A DNA stretch of 10,662 bases from Amoeboradix gromovi X-113 (Eukaryota; Fungi; Sanchytriomycota), in NCBI GenBank assembly GCA_018985225.1, contig JADGIF010000335.1:1-10662 (forward strand). Reading direction: 5' to 3'. Position 1 is the stretch's first letter; each line of letters starts with the position of its first letter. The position numbers were made by a program, and so were the translations under genes. The notes beneath the pieces are model-generated. The model was not told the origin of the DNA and made no database searches. It worked only from the letters and a program-made list of their open reading frames with translations. Below, one piece after another: positions 1-6,737 of this stretch.

Positions 1-601
1 TAATTAGGCTAGAGATATTTTAAGGGAAAAATAAAAGTAGAAAAATAATGAGTTGCTAGATTTGCGAAACTTCATTAGAAAGTACCCAAATTATAATTTC
101 CAAGTTTTCTACTAGACTAGCACACTAGCATGAACAGTAACGAGAATGAAGAATAAAAGTATTCAGCAACCTCACAGAGGTCCAAAGTTACAACGTTCTA
201 TTTACTGTGGCTTATTCGTTGATATAGATTTGAACTATTGATTCCACATTCGTCAAGTTATCAAGTCTCGTGATAGCCCTAATAGGCAAATTTGTGGAAC
301 TGATAACAATGAGTTTCACCTAGAGTGCCAGCTATGAAGCATAGGACCGTTCTGCCTAAATATATTTGTCTTTTGAAATTTTTATTTTCACAAGTTAGTT
401 AATTTAGCAAGTCCGAGTTATCTGTTGTAAGTGCTACGTACCTTCATACTTGAATGTGGAAAATTTGGATAGTTCCAATGGGCTATGATAGACCTTGAGG
501 TGGCGAACTGCAGCTATCTAACATTATTGAGTGGTATTGAATAAAGTTATTTATTTTTTTATCCCCAATCTTGCTATTTTTCCAACTCGCCATTGCCAAA
601 C

Positions 602-3151
602 ATGGATCAACTCGAGAAAACTGCAGCTTCTCGCTTTGTTGAATTCGTAGAATCTTTTCAACTAAAATCTAAACATATCTATATTCAGCAAATCAAGTCT
701 TTCAAAGAAACCGACAAAACTACATTAATGATCAACATGCGTCACCTAATCCAATTTGATTCCACTTTCAGTACTGCTATTTACAAGTACTACTACAGAT
801 TCCTTCCATACCTAAGTAAAGCGGTTGAGTTTCTAGTATACAAGCATTGTCCTTATCTGTTGTACAGTGATGGAGAAGTGCCTGCTACTGTTGTATCTAA
901 CAGCAATGATATAGCAATACAACTGCCAATGTATAATGACAACCATCGCCCTATTCGTAACTTTATGGTTGCGTTTGATCAAGTTATGCAATCCATCCAT
1001 TTACGTCAATTAAATTGTGAGAAGATTGGCGAGCTAGTTGAGATTATTGGTACTATAACCCGCACCAGTGATGTGAGACCCGAGCTTCTTGTAGCTACAT
1101 TTACTTGCAGGGAATGTGGACAGGAAATTAAAAATATCAAACAAGATTTCAGGTACACTGAGCCATCAGTATGTCCTGATGAGACTTGCCAAAACAATGT
1201 TCAGTTTGATCTTGTTCTGCACTCGTCAAAGTTTATAAATTGGCAGAAATGTCGATTTCAAGAATCTGCTGATGAAATTCCGAGCGGGTCAATGCCCCGT
1301 ACGATTGATATCATTTGCAGAGGGGACATCGTTGAATTGTGCAAGGCAGGTGATAAGTGTTGTATATCTGGTACACTGCTAGCCATTCCCGACATCAACG
1401 CTTATTCGTTAAAGTTGGGAGGGGTTGAAGTTCGCAAAGGAGGAAAGAACCAGAGTACCAACAATCAGGGGGTGAGTGGATTAAAAGACCTTGGCTGCAG
1501 AGAGCTAAACCATAAACTGATATTTATGGCTAGTCATGTCAAGGTTGTTAGTGGCATGGTCAAAGCTAATCCACCAGCACCAGCAGCCACAAGAGAAGCT
1601 ATTGAGTCCACAAGTGATATGTTTCACCAGAAAAGTGCTATTTCTAGAACAACGTCGAGCATTCTACCTACTGAACTACAATCCAGTCCCAGCATTGCTG
1701 CTAACGCTGAAAATAACGATGAACTAACCAATTGGCTGGATCCAGATGGCTTAGATCCTAATGAGATATTGGAGAAATGTTTTAATCAAACTCAGCGTAA
1801 TAAACTACTAGAAATGAGTAGGGATATCAACATTTATCAAAACTTTGTAAATTCGTTGTGCCCTCACGTATTTGGTCATATGGATATTAAGAGGGGCTTA
1901 CTACTGCAGCTAATCGGTGGTGTACATAAACAGACGGCGGAGCACATGCAGCTACGTGGGGACATCAACATTCTGTTAGTGGGAGACCCAGGTACTGCCA
2001 AGTCTCAGCTACTAAAGTACCAATGCCAAATACACCCAAGAAGTATATTTACGAGTGGGAGGGCGAGCAGCGCAGCAGGATTAACTGCTAGTGTGATTAA
2101 GGATGAAGAGACAAACGAGTTTACTATTGAGGCTGGAGCTTTGATGCTTGCTGATCAAGGCATTTGTTGTATAGACGAGTTTGAAAAGATGGACTTAAAA
2201 GACCAGGTAGCCATACACGAGGCCATGGAGCAGCAAACTATAAGCATTAGCAAGGCCGGAATAGTAGCAACATTGAATGCAAGGACGAGTATACTAGCGG
2301 CAGCGAATCCTGTTTTCGGGCGATATGACAGTTGCAAATCTATAAAACAAAATGTGCAATTGAGCGGGCCTATTTTGAGTAGATTTGATCTCTTTTTTAT
2401 TTTGAAGGATGAATGTGATGAAGAGACTGATTTGATGCTGAGTAGGCTTATAGCCAATCAGCACAGACTAAACAAAGTGAACTCGAATGACGGAGTGGTT
2501 TACAGCGAAGAAGAAATGAGGAATTACATACGGTTCTGCAAGACTATAAGGCCAGTGCTATCAGCAGATGCAGCACTATACTTAACTAGCAAGTTTAAGA
2601 AATTAAGAATGCTGCAAAAGGCAGATCCAGGAATGGGAGATAGAATTACAGTTAGGAGCATGGAATCAATGATCAGATTAAGCGAAGCGCTAGCTAGATT
2701 GCATGGCCAAAACGATATACACGTGGAATTTGCGAAAGAGGCGTATCGATTGATTAGCAGCAGCATGCAGGAAATGAAAATGGAGGATGTAGAATTTGAT
2801 ATGGGAGAGTTGCGGCAGGACTCAATGACTGACATCGCACCCGAAAAGAAGATCGTAAAGATCAGCGGAAGCAGATTCAACAAATTAAAGGAAATGATAA
2901 TTTTGAAATTCAAAGAATACAAAGAGGAAGAACCAATGATGCTAAGGAGCGATTTAATTGCATATATGATGGAGGAATTGGAGGGGGAAATGGGTGATGT
3001 AGACGAGATGGTTGAATTAGAGAGAATGATTGTGTGTATATTAAAACATTTGATTACTAAAGAAAAGATACTGATCGAAGACAAAATGGATAGTGCGGGA
3101 GAGATTGCAGAGGATCCCAGAATCGGATTAAATCCAAATATGGTGTTGTAA
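602..3151 (+). CDS. MCM6: DNA replication licensing factor MCM6 (MCM2-7 helicase subunit), ~849 aa, intronless
   Basis: C4 zinc finger (CREC...CPDETC), Walker A GDPGTAKSQ, Walker B CCIDEFEKM and arginine finger SRFD. MCM6-type motifs EIPSGSMPRT, VIKDEETNEFTIEAGALMLAD and RITVRSMESMIRLSEALA, plus a C-terminal winged-helix region ending ..NPN. The ORF track starts at TTG (593); the first ATG is at 602. Confidence 0.95.
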   Translation: MDQLEKTAASRFVEFVESFQLKSKHIYIQQIKSFKETDKTTLMINMRHLIQFDSTFSTAIYKYYYRFLPYLSKAVEFLVYKHCPYLLYSDGEVPATVVSNSNDIAIQLPMYNDNHRPIRNFMVAFDQVMQSIHLRQLNCEKIGELVEIIGTITRTSDVRPELLVATFTCRECGQEIKNIKQDFRYTEPSVCPDETCQNNVQFDLVLHSSKFINWQKCRFQESADEIPSGSMPRTIDIICRGDIVELCKAGDKCCISGTLLAIPDINAYSLKLGGVEVRKGGKNQSTNNQGVSGLKDLGCRELNHKLIFMASHVKVVSGMVKANPPAPAATREAIESTSDMFHQKSAISRTTSSILPTELQSSPSIAANAENNDELTNWLDPDGLDPNEILEKCFNQTQRNKLLEMSRDINIYQNFVNSLCPHVFGHMDIKRGLLLQLIGGVHKQTAEHMQLRGDINILLVGDPGTAKSQLLKYQCQIHPRSIFTSGRASSAAGLTASVIKDEETNEFTIEAGALMLADQGICCIDEFEKMDLKDQVAIHEAMEQQTISISKAGIVATLNARTSILAAANPVFGRYDSCKSIKQNVQLSGPILSRFDLFFILKDECDEETDLMLSRLIANQHRLNKVNSNDGVVYSEEEMRNYIRFCKTIRPVLSADAALYLTSKFKKLRMLQKADPGMGDRITVRSMESMIRLSEALARLHGQNDIHVEFAKEAYRLISSSMQEMKMEDVEFDMGELRQDSMTDIAPEKKIVKISGSRFNKLKEMIILKFKEYKEEEPMMLRSDLIAYMMEELEGEMGDVDEMVELERMIVCILKHLITKEKILIEDKMDSAGEIAEDPRIGLNPNMVL

Positions 3152-3181
3152 AAACAATAAATTCATTTCAAAGTATTTATT
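3149..3181. terminator. Convergent 3' ends of MCM6 and LAMTOR3 with poly(A) signals
   Basis: AATAAA (+) at 3156..3161, 4 nt after the MCM6 stop. AATAAA (-) at 3176..3181 overlaps the LAMTOR3 stop. The spacer is 25 bp. Confidence 0.6.
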
Positions 3182-3551
3182 GTGATTTCTTGTGATCTTC
3201 TAGTAATTGGTGCATAACCTTCATCAGGTCGACTTCTTCAGTGCTCCATATTCCTTCTGTAGGAGCATCTGGGTCACATATAAGAGTCAAAATAAAGGGA
3301 TTATAGTTTTTTTGTAAGACGTTGTAATACTGGAATCTTTGCGTTATTTTGGTGTTCTTGCCTAGTCCAAACTTGCCACAAAGATCGCTAGAAATGGTAT
3401 AAAGCATAGAAATTGCAACATTTAACATGGAATCAGGAACATCATCACATGCTATGCTTAGAAGGACAGATGCATCACTATCTGTAATCATTATTGCCTT
3501 CAGACCATACGTGTGAGCAAGAACTTGTTCGCAATAAGACTTTAACTGCAT
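3177..3551 (-). CDS. LAMTOR3: Ragulator complex subunit LAMTOR3 (MP1), roadblock fold, 124 aa
   Basis: Colinear with LAMTOR3 as I recall it: GLKAIMITDSD ~ GLHAIVVSDRD, DLCGKFGLGKNTKI ~ DQGSKLGLSKNKSI, YNVLQKNYNPFILTLI ~ YQVVQFNRLPLVVSFI. The length also matches. Confidence 0.88.
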   Translation of the reverse strand: MQLKSYCEQVLAHTYGLKAIMITDSDASVLLSIACDDVPDSMLNVAISMLYTISSDLCGKFGLGKNTKITQRFQYYNVLQKNYNPFILTLICDPDAPTEGIWSTEEVDLMKVMHQLLEDHKKSQ

Positions 3552-3831
3552 TTCGACTAGGTTTGAAAAATGTTGGCTTTAAAACAAAAATTTTAAATTA
3601 TAAAAGCACAGGATCTTAGTTAGCTATAACTCAACTCTTTTTCTTGAAAGACATTTGCCTAGGTACCTCGTGAAATCATATAATCATAGATTGACTTACG
3701 ACTTCAGGATCCAAACGCGAATCAAACATAATTAAAGTAAGAAGAGAGTCTCAAATATGAGTTGCATAAATTATTAACAAACACATTGCTTGAAAATCAT
3801 TGCTCGTGATAATTAACAATTTTACATCGAG

Positions 3832-4611
3832 ATGTGGCTTATCGTCTCTGATATTCGAATGCTATTATATCACCCGTTCTACTTCGCGTTCGCTTACGGG
3901 ATGATTCTTGTAAACAGCATTACAAGTCTTATAATTAACTGGAGTTCAATCAGATTCTTTGGTCCAACTAAGACGCAATACATGTTAATAACACTAGACG
4001 TTCTGATGATAACCACGGCATCTGTGGTTAGATGGGCTCCGAAAACTAACATCACATGGATATTCCTCGTGTTTTCCACAGCTACTTACGCTCACATATT
4101 TACTGTATATTTTTTCTTTCGCTGTTACAAGTTATTGTCCAAAAAGATGCAGTCTTTTGGCTATATCATTTATACAGCATTTTATTTTGTTCTTTTGGCT
4201 TTTTTTGCTGGAACCTTTGGTTTTATTTCAACTTTCACTTCTGCCTTTATACTACTATCTGCTATGCCTATTCTTTCTGTCTATACTAACTCATTGCTAA
4301 TTACAATAATTAGAATGATCAGAGAAAACCCGTTACACAGTACAAGTGGGAAGCAAACTAGATTGATGCTCATATCATACTACACCATGCTTTTTGTAAA
4401 TTTATTCGCCATGTCAAGTGGAGTTGTTGGTCTCATTGGTGCCTTCCTAGAAAACTCTGAACTTTTTGCAATTTCGATCGCACTGAATTCAAGCATATCT
4501 TTTATTTACGCAATCTCCAGTGGAAGTATGATGGCTAATAGATATTTAGATGACAAAGTAATTTTCATTTCCAATTCTGCTATATTTATTACAAAATTAA
4601 TAGTAAATTAG
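3832..4611 (+). CDS. Putative 7-transmembrane (GPCR-like) protein, paralogue A; true start may be the ATG at 3859
   Basis: About seven hydrophobic segments by eye with short loops, and FFFRC at the end of the third helix. Gap-free alignment with the downstream paralogue begins at MLLYH (ATG 3859). Confidence 0.8.
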   Translation: MWLIVSDIRMLLYHPFYFAFAYGMILVNSITSLIINWSSIRFFGPTKTQYMLITLDVLMITTASVVRWAPKTNITWIFLVFSTATYAHIFTVYFFFRCYKLLSKKMQSFGYIIYTAFYFVLLAFFAGTFGFISTFTSAFILLSAMPILSVYTNSLLITIIRMIRENPLHSTSGKQTRLMLISYYTMLFVNLFAMSSGVVGLIGAFLENSELFAISIALNSSISFIYAISSGSMMANRYLDDKVIFISNSAIFITKLIVN

Positions 4612-4690
4612 AATTAGTCATTAACTTTCCAAGTTGAGCCTACCTGACATGAAGCCTCGAAGTCGTTCGTGAAAAGTGGCTGGTAGCTGA

Positions 4691-5446
4691 ATGTTACTTT
4701 ACCATTCATTTTACTTCGCGTTTGCTTATGGCATAGTCTCTGTTATGAGTTTGACGAGTTTTTGTATCAACCTAGAGTGCATTAAGCTTTTTGGAGGCAG
4801 CCGGCTTCAATATCTGTTAATACTTTTAGACATACTTATGATATTCACCGCCGTGGTTGTTAGAACTGCACCTAGAAATACAATATTGTGGCTATTCCTT
4901 GTGTTTTCCACAGCTACTTATGCATTTATTTTTACAGTTTATTTTTTTTTCCGATGCCATAGTCTACTGCCCTTTAAAATGCGTTATTTTGGCTATTTTA
5001 TGTATTTCGTTTTTTATTTCGTGCTCTTAACCTTTTTTGCCGGCACATTTGGTTTTATGTCTACATTTATAGCAGCAATTGTATTGGTTTCCGCAATGCC
5101 AGTTTTATCAATTTATACCAACTCGTTGTTTGCTGTAATTATTGTCATGATTAAGCAAAATCCTCTTCATGGATCAAGCGGAAAACAAACCAGATTGATG
5201 TCGATCACTAACTATACCATGCTATTCGGCAATCTGTTTGCAATGTCAAGCGGGGCAGTCGGTATAGTTGGAGCATTTTTAGAAAACAGTACAATGTTTG
5301 CAATCTCAATTGCGCTCAACTCTATTGTTTCCTTTATATTTGCTATATCTAATGTCTCCATGACTGCGAACAAATATTTGGATGACAAAATGTCCATCAC
5401 TAATTCTACCATATTCAGACAGACAGAACGTGAAGTTTATGTTTAA
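4691..5446 (+). CDS. Putative 7-transmembrane (GPCR-like) protein, paralogue B, 251 aa
   Basis: Tandem paralogue of 3832..4611, ~69% identical over 233 aligned aa (manual count). AATAAA overlaps the stop codon. Confidence 0.82.
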   Translation: MLLYHSFYFAFAYGIVSVMSLTSFCINLECIKLFGGSRLQYLLILLDILMIFTAVVVRTAPRNTILWLFLVFSTATYAFIFTVYFFFRCHSLLPFKMRYFGYFMYFVFYFVLLTFFAGTFGFMSTFIAAIVLVSAMPVLSIYTNSLFAVIIVMIKQNPLHGSSGKQTRLMSITNYTMLFGNLFAMSSGAVGIVGAFLENSTMFAISIALNSIVSFIFAISNVSMTANKYLDDKMSITNSTIFRQTEREVYV

Positions 5447-5474
5447 TAAATTGTGTTTAGCTAACTGATTTATT
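5444..5474. terminator. Convergent 3' ends of 7TM-B and the 397-aa gene with poly(A) signals
   Basis: AATAAA (+) at 5445..5450 and AATAAA (-) at 5469..5474, each overlapping a TAA stop. The spacer is 23 bp. Confidence 0.6.
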
Positions 5475-6663
5475 TACCAATCTCTTTTGCGATAATTACT
5501 TTAAAATATTCCAGTTCTTCTTGCATTCTCTCAACCGTTTGTGACCATTGCTGTGATTCCTTTTTTACAACGTATTTAATCCCATTTATTATCACAATTG
5601 AGACTTTGATAGGATTTACTATCTCGATCATCTCTCGTTGATGGAAAAGCGCTAAGTCGGCCGTTCTTCTTGCCAACTTTAATCCGGATGAATAATTAAA
5701 TCGGGCGATGTTCAAATACAAGATATTTAGCATTGAGGTATGGTATTTGGTTATCGTCAGTGGTCTTGGTTTGTTGAAAGTTGTATATTCTAATAAGTGT
5801 TTCATAATCTCTTTGTGGGTCTTGTTATCGATAATCCAGTTAGCAAAAGCACTTAAGTTGTCGTTACTTACATTTCTTATCTCTGGCTTAATAGCGACTC
5901 TGTTTAAAATAGCCCCCGCCCCCTGAAATAACATATAAGGAGAGACATCCGCAATTGTTAAGCTTCCAAAAGCTTCAATCTCTGCTGCCACCCAGCCTTC
6001 ACCTGATATAATGTTATTCCAGTTGAACAGTCCTGAATTTGACTGATTTCTCAAGTATTCTCTGAATATTTTGATGCAAAAAGTAGCCATAAAGTATATT
6101 TTAAAGATCGGAATGTTGTCAGGCTTTAGCAGCTTCTTGTTCTCTCCCCTAGCGAACCATCTAAAGTCGTAAATAAAAGTATAAAACTGCTTGAGACGAG
6201 CTAAAAAGCGGTCCACTGATGGTCCATCCTGAATACCAAACTCGCTCGTAAAATTTAGAAAACTTTCAATAATTCCGTCGGACAAATGCCCAACGTAAAA
6301 GCATTTTATAAAATCAATAAGCTTGTCAACAGAGTTGAAATAAGAGTTCCTTAAACTGGCACCGTCTGAATTTACATTTATTGGGATCCTCATGCTTTCA
6401 TAGTTTACTAAAGATAAAAATACAATAATATTATACAAATCATAAGAATATCTTGGATTAAATTCACTGTTTCCAAACAATATCGCTGATCCTACGTTGG
6501 TTGCTATACTTCTATCGGTGTCGTATTGGTAAACCTTTATCAAATCTTCTTCGTTCAAGTAATTAAATACAATCCCATCGTGCTTGTCGCTCATTATCAT
6601 ACAATCTGTTGTGTCCCAAATACCTGACCCATAGAGATGTTTAATGTAATTTTCCAACTGCAT
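5470..6663 (-). CDS. Hypothetical soluble protein, 397 aa, no recognised family
   Basis: Long open ORF in AT-rich DNA with an ATG start. The TAA stop lies inside AATAAA, as in its neighbours. No motif recognised. Confidence 0.75.
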   Translation of the reverse strand: MQLENYIKHLYGSGIWDTTDCMIMSDKHDGIVFNYLNEEDLIKVYQYDTDRSIATNVGSAILFGNSEFNPRYSYDLYNIIVFLSLVNYESMRIPINVNSDGASLRNSYFNSVDKLIDFIKCFYVGHLSDGIIESFLNFTSEFGIQDGPSVDRFLARLKQFYTFIYDFRWFARGENKKLLKPDNIPIFKIYFMATFCIKIFREYLRNQSNSGLFNWNNIISGEGWVAAEIEAFGSLTIADVSPYMLFQGAGAILNRVAIKPEIRNVSNDNLSAFANWIIDNKTHKEIMKHLLEYTTFNKPRPLTITKYHTSMLNILYLNIARFNYSSGLKLARRTADLALFHQREMIEIVNPIKVSIVIINGIKYVVKKESQQWSQTVERMQEELEYFKVIIAKEIGK

Positions 6664-6737
6664 GTAATATTATGACACTTGGTTTTAAAGAGACTCCTTT
6701 GGATCAGTAGTCATTTGCATTGGTAATTTAATCTAAT

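Noticed and set aside
78-490. RNase MRP-like (GAAAGTACCC ... ATGGGCT) or U1-like (AATTTGTGG Sm site) signals
   Set aside because: The P4 pairing is imperfect and there is no U1 5' ACTTACCTG. Short matches like these are expected by chance.
2155-3084. Antisense ORFs 2155..2457 and 2524..3084 (also 1006..1197 and the alternate-frame 1536..1727)
   Set aside because: Shadows of MCM6. The Ser/Ile-rich composition of the antisense ORFs simply mirrors the purine-rich sense codons.
3714-3721. ACGCGAA MCB/E2F-like element
   Set aside because: A single short match, lying between LAMTOR3 and 7TM-A rather than upstream of MCM6.
4600-4690. Fusion of the two 7-TM ORFs into one 14-TM protein via a micro-intron
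   Set aside because: The GT-AG pairs I tried (15 and 31 nt) lead to stops, and a TGA immediately precedes ATG4691 in frame.
3832-5446. Microbial rhodopsin identity for the 7-TM pair
   Set aside because: No conserved helix-7 retinal-binding lysine (DxxxK) and no RYxDW-type helix-3 motif.
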